A stretch of 44,489 nucleotides of DNA from Burkholderiales bacterium (GTDB taxonomy: Bacteria; Pseudomonadota; Gammaproteobacteria; Burkholderiales; SG8-39): the NCBI GenBank assembly GCA_049691875.1, contig JBAVOG010000266.1:1-44489 (forward strand), in the 5' to 3' direction. Shown here piece by piece: positions 18,176 to 29,990 of the stretch (the stretch's first letter is position 1; each line of letters starts with the position of its first letter). A model generated the notes under the pieces. That model had not been told where the DNA came from, searched no databases, and saw nothing but the letters and a program-made list of their open reading frames with translations. A program made the position numbers and the translations under genes.

Positions 18176-18232
18176 TCAGCTGCCAGTAGTCGCCGAAACG
18201 CGAGTGTAGGGCTCTGCCGCTTGCGATGCCAT
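18176..18232 (-). CDS. Hypothetical 18-codon ORF (MASQAAEPYTRVSATTGS) immediately upstream of the radical-SAM gene; speculative
   Basis: Hand-translated. ATG 18232 is preceded by GAAGG plus a 5-nt spacer. Stop TGA 18178-18176 lies 5 nt before the radical-SAM ATG. It sits inside the repeat-bracketed segment. Such a short ORF could occur by chance. Confidence 0.2.
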   Translation of the reverse strand: MASQAAEPYTRVSATTGS

Positions 18233-18261
18233 ATGCGCCTTCGCGCCAGGCTCACTCCGTC

Positions 18262-18286
18262 ACGCGGTCCGTTAAAAGAGCCGTCA
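18262..18286. repeat. 25-bp direct repeat, copy 2 (ACGCGGTCCGTTAAAAGAGCCGTCA)
   Basis: Identical to 17155-17179. Its last 3 nt are the stop codon (TGA on the minus strand) of the HAD gene. Confidence 0.95.
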
Positions 18287-19096
18287 ACCGCCCAACCGAC
18301 GCACGTCCAAAAGGAAGTTCGCCAGCTCGACAAAGCCTGCTCCGCTCGCGGCGCGGGTCACGTAGGCCGGCAGGTGCTCGAGGCGAACCGCGAAGGCGCG
18401 CACGTTCGCCACCCCGACCGCCGTCGGAAAGAACGCGAACATCTGTGCGTCGTTCGGTGAATCCCCGATGAAGACAAGGCGCTCACGCTCGGTGCTGATA
18501 TCGATGTCGATGTCGAAGCGCTCCTTGAGCAAGATCCGGGTCGTGGCGAGCTTGTCGTATTCGCCGAACCAGCCGTTGACGTGAATCGAGCTCACCCGTG
18601 CGGTCATTCCCGCGGCGCGCATGATTCCGACGATGCGATCGACGTCCAAGTCGGAGAGCCGCGAAACATCTTCGCAGTAGTCGATCGCGAGATCGGCCTC
18701 GCGATAGTGCTGATCGGAGGCGATCGCTGCACCCGGCACGGTTGCGAGGATCGTGTCACGCACCGCCTGCAGCCGGGAGCGATTCGCCGCGCGGGTCTGC
18801 GCGTCGTCCCGATATCGCGTGAGAAGTTTTCGGACCTTGCGGTCGTAGCAGAAGTAGAACGCCCCGTTCTCTCCGACCACCGCATCCACCGGCCACATCC
18901 GCGCAATGTGGTCACACCAGCCGGCCGGCCGGCCGGTTATCGGGATCGCCAGGAGTCCCGCGCCTCGCAGCCGGCCAAGTGCGGCATACGCCTCCGGCGT
19001 GAGCTGTCCATCCGTAGTGAGCGTGTCATCGATGTCGCAAAGCACGCCGCTAATTGCACTTGCGACGTTGCGCGGCATCTCGACGAGTGGCTTCAT
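18284..19096 (-). CDS. HAD-IIB family hydrolase/phosphatase
   Basis: HAD motif I DIDDTLT and motif IV GDSPND. GGAGG precedes ATG 19096 (MKPLVEM). The longer track ORF to 19216 is rejected. Confidence 0.85.
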   Translation of the reverse strand: MKPLVEMPRNVASAISGVLCDIDDTLTTDGQLTPEAYAALGRLRGAGLLAIPITGRPAGWCDHIARMWPVDAVVGENGAFYFCYDRKVRKLLTRYRDDAQTRAANRSRLQAVRDTILATVPGAAIASDQHYREADLAIDYCEDVSRLSDLDVDRIVGIMRAAGMTARVSSIHVNGWFGEYDKLATTRILLKERFDIDIDISTERERLVFIGDSPNDAQMFAFFPTAVGVANVRAFAVRLEHLPAYVTRAASGAGFVELANFLLDVRRLGG

Positions 19097-19163
19097 GCCT
19101 GCCTCCGGTACCAGGCAAACCTCGCCGGAACACGCATGCAAACAGGAATCGCGCGCTTCTTCG

Positions 19164-20687
19164 TCATTGGCGCGTGGAGCGGCGATTGAGTGTAAGCCAG
19201 TCTGCGAGCGCGCCACGCTGCGCTGTGCTCATGCCAAGTCCACATTTCGTGCGCCGCCAAAGTATGTCCTCGGCCTCCATCGCCCATTCGCGCTCGACGA
19301 GATAGCGAACTTCGCGCTCGTAGAGCCCGCCTCCGAAATTTCGGCCGAGGTCGGCCTCGGAGGTGGCGCCGCCGAGGATCTCGGCCGCGCACGCACCGTG
19401 CCGGCGCAGCAGGCGGGTCAGCCATTGTGCAGGCAGGGCAGGGTAGCGTCGTCGATAAGTCTCGACGAGCATCGCGAATCCCGAACCACCCAGGTCGCCT
19501 CCCGGCAGGGGCTCGCCGGCCGTCCATGTGCGCCGCCGTCCAAACCAGCGATCGAACTTCTGCAGGACTGCCTCGGCGAGGGTGCGGTAGGTCGTGATCT
19601 TGCCGCCGAATACCGACACGAGCGGCGGTCCGCTGGCGTCGAGATGCAGTACGTAATCGCGGGTCACCGACGAGGCGTTGCCGCGTCCGTCGTCGAAGAG
19701 CGGCCGGACGCCGCTCCAGGCCCAGACAACCTGCTCGCGAGTCACCGGCGTCGCCGTGTACCGGCTGGCTGCATCACACAGATACGCGATCTCCGCCGAC
19801 GAGCACGCCGGTACACGGTCCGGGTCCTTCATCGGGACTTCGGTCGTGCCGATCGCCGTGTACGCCTCCTCGTAGGGAAGCAGGAACACGACGCGCCGGT
19901 CCGGATTCTGGAGGATGTAGGCGTGATCGCCCGTGTAAAGGCGTGGCACCACGATATGGCTCCCCTTGACCAACCTCACGCGGTAACGGGACGGTGTGCG
20001 CAGGGGCCCGTCCAGCACTTGCTTCACCCATGGGCCGGCGGCATTCACGACTGCGCGAGCTTCCACGTTGTGCACGACTCCTGTCCGGGTGTCGCGAAGA
20101 TCGAGACGCCATACCCCGCCCGCGCGTGTTCCCGCGATACAGCGCGTACGCGAAAGTATGACTGCCCCCTTTTCCGCAGCCGACCGCGCATTCAACACGA
20201 CCAGGCGTGCATCGTCCACCCAGGCGTCGAAATAGGCGAACCCCTTCTCGAATTCGGGCTTTAGCACGCCGCCGAAGACGCCGGCGGCGAGCGAGATCGA
20301 GCGCGATTTCGGCAGACTCGATCGGCGTCCACTCAGTGCGAGGCGGGCTCTCCCGAGATGATCGTAGAGAAAGAGCCCGAGTCGGATCATCCAGCGCGGG
20401 CGCAGATGTTCCTCGTGCGGCAGCACGAATTCAAGCGGCCAGACGATGTGCGGAGCGATATCGAGCAGTGCTTCGCGCTCGGCGAGCGCTTCGGTGACCA
20501 GTCCGAACTCGAAGTGCTCGAGGTAGCGCAGTCCGCCATGGACGAGCTTGCTGCTCGCCGAGGACGTCGCCCATCCCAGGTCATTTTGCTCGCAAAGCAG
20601 CGTCGACAGGCCGCGACCGGCGGCGTCGCGTGCGACACCCGCGCCGTTGATTCCCCCGCCGATGACGACGAGGTCGTAGCGCTCCAT
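19164..20687 (-). CDS. glpD: FAD-dependent (aerobic) glycerol-3-phosphate dehydrogenase
   Basis: N-terminal FAD fold DLVVIGGGINGAGVARDAAGRG and the GlpD signature SSKLVHGGLRYLE. 507 aa. Confidence 0.9.
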   Translation of the reverse strand: MERYDLVVIGGGINGAGVARDAAGRGLSTLLCEQNDLGWATSSASSKLVHGGLRYLEHFEFGLVTEALAEREALLDIAPHIVWPLEFVLPHEEHLRPRWMIRLGLFLYDHLGRARLALSGRRSSLPKSRSISLAAGVFGGVLKPEFEKGFAYFDAWVDDARLVVLNARSAAEKGAVILSRTRCIAGTRAGGVWRLDLRDTRTGVVHNVEARAVVNAAGPWVKQVLDGPLRTPSRYRVRLVKGSHIVVPRLYTGDHAYILQNPDRRVVFLLPYEEAYTAIGTTEVPMKDPDRVPACSSAEIAYLCDAASRYTATPVTREQVVWAWSGVRPLFDDGRGNASSVTRDYVLHLDASGPPLVSVFGGKITTYRTLAEAVLQKFDRWFGRRRTWTAGEPLPGGDLGGSGFAMLVETYRRRYPALPAQWLTRLLRRHGACAAEILGGATSEADLGRNFGGGLYEREVRYLVEREWAMEAEDILWRRTKCGLGMSTAQRGALADWLTLNRRSTRQ

Positions 20688-20753
20688 GGGTGACCTTCTA
20701 GGCCGACGCGCCCGAGTGCGGGCTGGGTACCGCGCGCGAAACCCGGAAAACCG

Positions 20754-21179
20754 TCAGCTTCGCCGACCGCGCAGCTTCCGGATCGCGGCAAGCTGGGAAG
20801 CGAGCATCGCGAGCTCGCCTTCGACGGTGGCGATCTCTTGACGATTCGTGGCGTTACGTCGCGCCTCCTCGGCGCGCTGCTGCGCTTCGAGGGCCTTGGC
20901 CTCGTCCAGATCGTTACCGCGAATCGCGGTGTCGGCGAGAACCGTCACGAGCCCCGGCTGGACCTCGAGAATGCCGCCCGCTACGAACACCAGCTCCTCG
21001 TCGGCCCGACCCGGTTGCTTGATCCGCACCGCACCCGGCTTGATGCGCGTCATGAGGGGCGTATGCCGGGGATAGATGCCGAGTTCCCCCGCCTCACCCG
21101 GAAGCACGACGAACTCCGCCTCGCCGGAGAAGATTGCCTCCTCCGCGCTGACCACGTCGACCTGGATCGTGTTTGCCAT
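20754..21179 (-). CDS. atpC: F0F1 ATP synthase subunit epsilon
   Basis: [39 protein letters not shown], 141 aa, directly downstream of atpD. The upstream part of the 226-aa track ORF is rejected. Confidence 0.93.
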   Translation of the reverse strand: MANTIQVDVVSAEEAIFSGEAEFVVLPGEAGELGIYPRHTPLMTRIKPGAVRIKQPGRADEELVFVAGGILEVQPGLVTVLADTAIRGNDLDEAKALEAQQRAEEARRNATNRQEIATVEGELAMLASQLAAIRKLRGRRS

Positions 21180-21189
21180 GGCGGGATCC

Positions 21190-22605
<1,416 letters not shown>

Positions 22606-22643
22606 CTATCCTAGCTCGTGATATTGCTTGATCGGAGTTCCGG

Positions 22644-23507
22644 TCAGACGGCGGCTGCGCCGCCCACGATCTCGGCAAGCTCCTTCGTGATACCCGCCTG
22701 GCGGCTCTTGTTGTAGATGAGCGTGAGCTCGTCGATCACGCTCGCGGCGTTGTCCGAGGCGGCCTTCATCGCGACCATCCGGGCGGACTGCTCGGACGCG
22801 AGATTCTCGGCGACCGCCTGATAGATGATCGCTTCGATGTAACGCGTGACGGCGTGTTCGAGCACTTCCTTCGCGTCGGGTTCGTAGATGTAATCCCACG
22901 ACCCTTCCGGTGCGCCCAGCCGCTCGCCTGACAGCGGCAGCAGCTGCTCCATCACCGGTTCCTGCTTCATGGTGTTGACGAACCGCGTGTAGAAGAGCAT
23001 CACGCGATCGAAGCGATCGGCGAGGTAGCCGTCCAGTATCAGCTTGACCGCGCCGATCAGCCTGTCGAGCTGGGGCGCATCGCCCATTCCGGTGACTTGC
23101 GACACGACATTGGCGCCGATCCGCTGCATGAAGCCCAGACCTTTATTGCCGATGGTGCACGACTCGATGCGCTCCCCTTCGGCTTCCCACGCCTTGTACT
23201 TGCCGAGCACGAGCCGCAGGACGTTCGTGTTGAGGCCTCCGCACAGCCCCTTGTCCGTGGTGATGACGATGATGCCGATACCCTTCACCGAATCGCGCTC
23301 GACGAGAAACGGATGCTTGTATTCCGGGTTCGCATGCGAGATGTTCGCAGCGACGTTGCGGATCTTCTCCGCGTACGGTCGCGTGGCGCGCATGCGTTCC
23401 TGCGCCTTCCTCATCTTCGAGGCAGCGACCATCTCCATCGCCTTGGTGATCTTGCGCGTGTTTTGCACGCTCTTGATCTTGTTTCGTATTTCGCGTGTGC
23501 CGGGCAT
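22644..23507 (-). CDS. atpG: F0F1 ATP synthase subunit gamma
   Basis: [37 protein letters not shown]-terminus and C-terminal [15 protein letters not shown]. Confidence 0.97.
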   Translation of the reverse strand: MPGTREIRNKIKSVQNTRKITKAMEMVAASKMRKAQERMRATRPYAEKIRNVAANISHANPEYKHPFLVERDSVKGIGIIVITTDKGLCGGLNTNVLRLVLGKYKAWEAEGERIESCTIGNKGLGFMQRIGANVVSQVTGMGDAPQLDRLIGAVKLILDGYLADRFDRVMLFYTRFVNTMKQEPVMEQLLPLSGERLGAPEGSWDYIYEPDAKEVLEHAVTRYIEAIIYQAVAENLASEQSARMVAMKAASDNAASVIDELTLIYNKSRQAGITKELAEIVGGAAAV

Positions 23508-23575
23508 CGTGTCTGATTCTTTCTGCGCCGCTCGATCGACGCGGCTGCCGAACGACGTGCGTCAACGTGCGTGAT

Positions 23576-25120
23576 TCAATACGTGCCGTTCTTCTTCCAG
23601 TCCTTCGCGGCTTCGTGCAGAGTCTCCTCGTCTTCCTTGGAGAGATCCTTCGTCGACTCGATGCGATCGCACACCGCAGAGTACTTGTCCTTCAGGTAGT
23701 CGCGCATGGAGCGTTCCGCGGCGAGCGCCTTCTTGACGTCCACGTCGTCGAAGTAGCCGTTGGTCACCGCGAAGAGCGTCAACGCCATCTCCCACACCTG
23801 CTGCGGCTGGTACTGCGCCTGCTTCATCAGCTCGGTGACCATACGACCACGCTCGAGCTGCTTGCGAGTGGCCTCGTCCAGATCGGACGCAAACTGCGCA
23901 AACGCCGCGAGCTCGCGGTACTGGGCAAGCGCCAGACGCACGCCCCCGCCGAGCTTCTTGATCACCTTGGTCTGCGCTGCGCCACCGACCCGTGAGACCG
24001 ACACGCCCGCGTTGATCGCCGGGCGGATACCCGCGTTGAAGAGGTCGGTCTCGAGAAAGATCTGGCCGTCGGTGATCGAGATGACGTTCGTCGGCACGAA
24101 TGCCGTCACGTCGCCGGCCTGGGTCTCGATCACGGGCAGCGCGGTGAGGGAGCCGGTCTTTCCCTTGACCTTTCCGTCGGTCAGCTTCTCGACGTATTCC
24201 TCGTTAACCCGTGCGGCCCGTTCCAGCAGCCGGCTGTGCAGGTAGAACACGTCGCCGGGATAAGCCTCGCGCCCCGGCGGCCGCCGCAGCAGCAGCGAAA
24301 TCTGCCGGTACGCCCATGCCTGCTTGGTGAGGTCGTCGTAGATGATGAGCGCATCCTGTCCGCGATCACGGAAGTACTCGCCCATCGTGCACCCGGAGTA
24401 GGGCGCGATGTATTGCATCGCGGCCGACTCCGACGCGGTTGCGGCGACGACGGTCGTAAATTCCATCGCCCCGTGCTCTTCGAGCTTGCGCACCACGTTG
24501 GCGATGGTCGACGCCTTCTGGCCGATCGCGACGTAGATGCAGAATAGATCCTTGCCCTTCTGGTTGATGATGGTGTCCACTGCCACGGCAGTCTTGCCGG
24601 TCTGGCGGTCGCCGATGATGAGCTCGCGCTGACCACGGCCGATCGGCACCATCGAGTCGATCGATTTCAAGCCGGTCTGCACCGGCTGACCCACCGATCG
24701 ACGGGTGATCACGCCTGGTGCCACTTTCTCGATGACGTCGGTCTCCTTTGCATTGATCGGACCCTTGCCGTCGATCGGCTGGCCGAGCGAGTTCACCACC
24801 CGGCCGATCAGCTCCGGGCCAACGGGCACTTCGAGAATCCGGCCAGTGCACTTCACCGTGTCGCCCTCGGTGAGGTGCTCGTACGCGCCGAGAATCACCG
24901 CGCCGACCGAGTCACGCTCGAGGTTGAGCGCGAGGCCGAAGGTGTTGCCCGGGAACTCGAGCATCTCGCCCTGCATCACGTCCGACAGGCCGTGGATCCG
25001 GCAGATGCCGTCGGTCACGGTCACCACCGTGCCCTGGGTGCGGATGTCGGCCGAAAGCGCGAGGCTCTGGATCCTGCTCTTGATCAGGTCGCTGATTTCA
25101 GCGGGGGAGAGTTGTTGCAT
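23576..25120 (-). CDS. atpA: F0F1 ATP synthase subunit alpha
   Basis: Walker A GDRQTGKT and a conserved alpha-subunit sequence. 514 aa. Confidence 0.98.
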   Translation of the reverse strand: MQQLSPAEISDLIKSRIQSLALSADIRTQGTVVTVTDGICRIHGLSDVMQGEMLEFPGNTFGLALNLERDSVGAVILGAYEHLTEGDTVKCTGRILEVPVGPELIGRVVNSLGQPIDGKGPINAKETDVIEKVAPGVITRRSVGQPVQTGLKSIDSMVPIGRGQRELIIGDRQTGKTAVAVDTIINQKGKDLFCIYVAIGQKASTIANVVRKLEEHGAMEFTTVVAATASESAAMQYIAPYSGCTMGEYFRDRGQDALIIYDDLTKQAWAYRQISLLLRRPPGREAYPGDVFYLHSRLLERAARVNEEYVEKLTDGKVKGKTGSLTALPVIETQAGDVTAFVPTNVISITDGQIFLETDLFNAGIRPAINAGVSVSRVGGAAQTKVIKKLGGGVRLALAQYRELAAFAQFASDLDEATRKQLERGRMVTELMKQAQYQPQQVWEMALTLFAVTNGYFDDVDVKKALAAERSMRDYLKDKYSAVCDRIESTKDLSKEDEETLHEAAKDWKKNGTY

Positions 25121-25135
25121 GGTGGCTCCTTGAAT

Positions 25136-25675
25136 TCAAACCTTCAGCAGCGCGGTGGACATCGCGGCGAGCTTGCCGCGCACCGAGCCGTCGATGACCT
25201 CGTCGCCGACCGCGATCCGGACGCCGCCGATCAGCTCCTTTTCCACGTTCACGCGCGGCTGCACCTTGCGCTTGAAGCGGCGCTCCAGATCCGACACGAG
25301 GGCCGCGACCTGGGTTTCCGTCAGGGGAAACGCACTGGCGATCTCGGCCTCTACCACCCCCTCGCGCTCGCGACGCAACCCGTCATAGAGCGCGAGGATC
25401 TCGGGCACGGCCGAGATGCGCCGGTTTGCCACGATGAGATGAATGAAATTCTTGGCCTCGGCCGACACCTCGTCACCCATCACGGACACAAGCAGATCGG
25501 TGAGTTGCGAAGGGCGGACGTTGGGGTTGCCCGCGCACGCCTGCACGTCCTTGTTCTCGACTGCGGCGTTCAGCCGCACGAGCAGCGTCGTCCATGCGTC
25601 GAATCGCCCGTCGGATTCGGCGAGCCGGAACACCGCCTCGGCGTACGGACGCGCGATCGTGACGATCTCGGCCAT
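25136..25675 (-). CDS. atpH: F0F1 ATP synthase subunit delta
   Basis: MAEIVTIARPYAEAVFRLA N-terminus, 179 aa, located between atpF and atpA. Confidence 0.93.
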   Translation of the reverse strand: MAEIVTIARPYAEAVFRLAESDGRFDAWTTLLVRLNAAVENKDVQACAGNPNVRPSQLTDLLVSVMGDEVSAEAKNFIHLIVANRRISAVPEILALYDGLRREREGVVEAEIASAFPLTETQVAALVSDLERRFKRKVQPRVNVEKELIGGVRIAVGDEVIDGSVRGKLAAMSTALLKV

Positions 25676-25681
25676 CGGGTC

Positions 25682-26152
25682 TCAGAGCTCCCGCTTCAGC
25701 TGGGTGAGCAGTTCGGCATGCGCCTGCGCATCGATTTCGCGACGCAGGATCTTCTCGGCGCCGGCGACCGCCAGCGCTGCCACCTGCTCGCGGAGTTGCT
25801 CCTTCGCGTTCGTGGCCTGCTGTTCCGTTTCGGCCTTCGCCCCGGCAATCAGACGCTCGCCCTCGGCGCGTGCGGCCTGCCTGGCATCGTCAACGATCTG
25901 GGTTGCGCGCTTCTCGGCCCGGCTGATGATCTCCTGGGCCTTTTCCCGGGCATCGGCCAGCTCCGCTTCGGAACGCTTCCCCGCCTCCGCGAGCTCGTTA
26001 CGACCCCGTTCGGCAGCAGCGAGCCCCTCGGCCACGTCCTTTTGCCGGCGCTCTATTGCACGCAGCAAGGGTGGCCAGACGAACTTGGCCGTGAACCAGA
26101 CAAACACTCCGAATGCCACTGCCTGGGCGAGCAATGTGAGATTGATGTTCAT
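25682..26152 (-). CDS. atpF: F0F1 ATP synthase subunit b
   Basis: Single N-terminal TM segment followed by a long charged Ala/Glu/Arg-rich helix. 156 aa, in the expected operon position. Confidence 0.93.
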   Translation of the reverse strand: MNINLTLLAQAVAFGVFVWFTAKFVWPPLLRAIERRQKDVAEGLAAAERGRNELAEAGKRSEAELADAREKAQEIISRAEKRATQIVDDARQAARAEGERLIAGAKAETEQQATNAKEQLREQVAALAVAGAEKILRREIDAQAHAELLTQLKREL

Positions 26153-26187
26153 GCCTTCCCCCTACGGCACCATGTGGCGGTGACCGC

Positions 26188-26496
<309 letters not shown>

Positions 26497-26518
26497 TCAG
26501 GGATGAATCGAATTCTCG

Positions 26519-27328
<810 letters not shown>

Positions 27329-27350
27329 CTATTTGCTCTTTATGCGTTCT

Positions 27351-27803
27351 TTACTCGTGCTTCGATTCGCGCACCAAAATCGCACTTCCGAGGATCCCCA
27401 GCGAGATGACGAAGGATCCGATGAAACCGACTACCACCACGTCCTTGTAGGACGAAAACACCAGCCACAACAGCAGCACGATGAGCGCGACCTTCACGGC
27501 TTCGGCGCGTAGCAATGCGAGCAACGCACCGCCGGGACTTGCACTCACGCGCGCGCCGTACGACGCTACCATCATGGACAACGCAGCAGCCGCGCTTACC
27601 ACCGCTCCGCCCAGCAGCACGGAGATCGCGCCATGTCGTCCGCCCAGCAGCCCCCCGAGCAACGCCATCAGGACGGTCGCCGCGACTTGCCAGCGAATTA
27701 CGATGCGATAGGGCCTGAGCTGCACGTCGTCCCACACTTGCGGGTGACTCGGCAACACGCCCCGCGCAATCCCGGCGCTCGTCCGCCACTTCGGGGTAAA
27801 CAT
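27351..27803 (-). CDS. atpI: ATP synthase protein I (AtpI)
   Basis: Small hydrophobic protein immediately upstream of atpB. The start is uncertain: ATG 27803 is used here. An in-frame GTG at 27911 is the only earlier candidate downstream of the predicted promoter. Confidence 0.7.
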   Translation of the reverse strand: MFTPKWRTSAGIARGVLPSHPQVWDDVQLRPYRIVIRWQVAATVLMALLGGLLGGRHGAISVLLGGAVVSAAAALSMMVASYGARVSASPGGALLALLRAEAVKVALIVLLLWLVFSSYKDVVVVGFIGSFVISLGILGSAILVRESKHE

Positions 27804-27929
27804 TCCGCCGCCGTGCGGTGCGAACTCCGATTGCTGGAAAGTCGCGCATGCGCCCGCGAAGTCGGGCGCCGCGCCCGCTTCCGCGCGCGGTGCTAGGTCC
27901 TCCTCCGCCACCTGCAGTAAAACCTCTGG

Positions 27930-27959
27930 ATTGTAAATGGGTCTGCCGCGGTGCGTCAA
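27930..27959 (-). promoter_or_regulatory. Sigma70-type promoter candidate for the atp operon
   Basis: On the minus strand: TTGACG-18 nt-TACAAT (or 17 nt to TTACAA). It lies approx. 125 nt upstream of atpI ATG 27803 and just downstream of the FAH stop. Confidence 0.6.
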
Positions 27960-27975
27960 ACCGGAACTGACATGT

Positions 27976-28839
27976 TCAGGAGGATTCGTCCGCCGCGACC
28001 CGAACCTCCATCCGACCCACACCCGCGACTTCGGCCACCATCACGTCGCCGGGCTGCACTGGGCCGACGCCGGCCGGGGTGCCGGTCATGATCACATCAC
28101 CGGGGCAGAGCGTGTAGTAGCTCGATGCGAACTCGATCAGCCGTTCGCAATCGTAGTCGAGCAACCGGGTACTTGCCTGCTGCCGAATCTCGCCGTTTAC
28201 GGTCAGCGAAAGCTCGAGATCGTTCGGATTCGCGATCTCGTCGGCGGTGACGAGCCATGGTCCGAGCACGCTGTAAGTATCGACGGACTTGCGAAAACTG
28301 GGCAATTCCGGTCCGCGGACCGTCATGTCCAGCCCGATCGCATAACCGCAGACGTGTTCGAGCGCGCGCGCACGCGAAATGTGCGTGCCTCCCTTGCCGA
28401 TCACGATTGCGAGCTCGACCTCATGGTCGTTGCGACGATCGGGAAAGCGCAAACGAACCGGTTCGCCCGGCCCGATGAGCGAGCTCGTGGCCTTGAGGAA
28501 AAGGCCCCAGTCGCCGATGGTCTTGATCTCCCGGCCGTGAGAAATGCCCGGGTCCTGTCGTGCTTCGTCGATGTGCGCCACGTAATTGATCGGTGCGCCG
28601 ATGATTTTGGAGGGGTTGGCCACCGGCGCGCGAAGTCGCACTGCTGCGAGGGGCAGGCGGGGCGGGGCGGCCAGCGTGCGGGCCCGGGCAAGCACTTGCT
28701 CGAAATGGATGATCAGCGGGTCGCCGCCAGGAAGTGGCCAGCGCATCATCGGAATGACGTCGAGGGCTTCGCTGATGTCCAGCACGTGGTCGCCTTCGAC
28801 AATTCCAAGCCGGTCATTGTCAAAGCGGCAGATCTTCAT
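27976..28839 (-). CDS. Fumarylacetoacetate hydrolase (FAH) family protein
   Basis: FAH-domain sequence (EVELAIVIGKGG, GYAIGLDMTVR, PGDVIMTGTPAGVG). Start placed at ATG 28839 (MKICRF), preceded by GGGAG. Confidence 0.88.
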   Translation of the reverse strand: MKICRFDNDRLGIVEGDHVLDISEALDVIPMMRWPLPGGDPLIIHFEQVLARARTLAAPPRLPLAAVRLRAPVANPSKIIGAPINYVAHIDEARQDPGISHGREIKTIGDWGLFLKATSSLIGPGEPVRLRFPDRRNDHEVELAIVIGKGGTHISRARALEHVCGYAIGLDMTVRGPELPSFRKSVDTYSVLGPWLVTADEIANPNDLELSLTVNGEIRQQASTRLLDYDCERLIEFASSYYTLCPGDVIMTGTPAGVGPVQPGDVMVAEVAGVGRMEVRVAADESS

Positions 28840-28938
28840 GTGCAAGACTCCCGTCAACTGGCATGGCGCGGATTGTGCCTCGAAGGCAACCGTCGCGTCG
28901 GGTCCAGGGTTGCGCCCGATCGAATTCGGGCAGCGATA

Positions 28939-29922
28939 ATGCGCGGGAACGTTCTAACGCGGGGAAGCGTCTTGGCGGAAAATCTCATTCTGTTCGTGGG
29001 CGATGCGCTGGCGAAGTACGGATTTCCGGCCGGGCACCCGCTGGGCGTCGATCGCCAGGCCGCCTTCTGGTCCGCCGCGCAACAGCAGAATCTGCACCGT
29101 CGAGTCATCGTGAGTGATCCGCGTCCAGCCACGCGATCGGAGCTCCAGCGATTTCACACCGCCCAGCACATCGATTGGGTGGAATCGAGATCTCGTGCCG
29201 GCGAAGGGTATCTCGACTCGGGCGACACCCCGGCTTTCCCGGGCGTCTTCGATGCCGGAGCGGTGGTGGCCGGAACCGCCCTCGAGGGCCTTGATCGAAT
29301 CATGGCGGGACAGGCTGTAAAGACCTTTCAACCCATCGGCGGCCTGCACCATGCTCGCCGCGGTCAGTCCGCCGGGTTCTGCGTGTTCAACGATCTCGGT
29401 GTGGTGATCGACACACTGCGGTCGAAATTCGACGTGGAGCGAATCGCGTATGTGGACATCGATGTGCATCACGGGGACGGCATCTATTACTCCTATGAGG
29501 CGGATCCAGGCTTGTGCATCGTGGACATTCACGAGAGTGGGTACTTCCTTTACCCCGGAACCGGCCATGCGGACGAGTGCGGTCGGGGCGCAGCCGCGGG
29601 GACCAAGCTCAATCTCCCGCTGAATCCGGGCGCAAGTGACCGCGATTTCCTTGCGGCGTGGGAGCGCGGACTCGCGCACCTCCGGGCGCAAGCGCCGCAA
29701 TTTATCCTCCTGCAATGCGGGGCGGACAGTCTCGCGGGCGATCCGCTTGCCGATTTGCGACTCACCCCGGCGGCGCACGGTCGAGTGGCACGGGATCTGG
29801 CCCGCTTGGCAAATGAATCCGCGGGCGGGCGGATGATGGTATTCGGCGGAGGCGGCTATGACCTGGGTAACCTCGCCGCCGGGTGGACGCGGGTACTCGT
29901 CGAGGTGCTCGAAGTCGGCTGA
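28939..29922 (+). CDS. Histone deacetylase-family (AcuC/acetylpolyamine amidohydrolase-like) Zn-dependent deacetylase
   Basis: Catalytic motifs GGLHHARRGQSAGFCVFND, DIDVHHGDG and GGGGY. The N-terminal approx. 330 aa of the 661-aa track ORF are antisense to the FAH gene and are rejected. The start at ATG 28939 is tentative. Confidence 0.85.
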   Translation: MRGNVLTRGSVLAENLILFVGDALAKYGFPAGHPLGVDRQAAFWSAAQQQNLHRRVIVSDPRPATRSELQRFHTAQHIDWVESRSRAGEGYLDSGDTPAFPGVFDAGAVVAGTALEGLDRIMAGQAVKTFQPIGGLHHARRGQSAGFCVFNDLGVVIDTLRSKFDVERIAYVDIDVHHGDGIYYSYEADPGLCIVDIHESGYFLYPGTGHADECGRGAAAGTKLNLPLNPGASDRDFLAAWERGLAHLRAQAPQFILLQCGADSLAGDPLADLRLTPAAHGRVARDLARLANESAGGRMMVFGGGGYDLGNLAAGWTRVLVEVLEVG

Positions 29923-29955
29923 AAGCCCTCAGCGATGCTCTGCGACCGCCCGGCC

Positions 29956-29986
29956 GGGCGAAAAAATGTTGCGCAACATTTCGCCC
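29956..29986. terminator. Hairpin between convergent genes (candidate bidirectional terminator)
   Basis: GGGCGAAAAAATGTTGC/GCAACATTTCGCCC. It contains the perfect 16-bp palindrome AATGTTGCGCAACATT with A/T runs in the stem. It lies between the stops at 29922 and 29991. Confidence 0.55.
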
Positions 29987-29990
29987 TGGC

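Noticed and set aside
17155-18286. IS element or integron cassette interpretation of the repeat-bracketed radical-SAM segment
   Set aside because: There is no transposase or integrase, no terminal inverted repeats and no attC-like imperfect palindrome visible. It is reported only as a repeat-flanked insertion of unknown mechanism.
18906-20264. 452-aa plus-strand ORF
   Set aside because: It is antisense to glpD and the HAD gene and has no recognisable domain.
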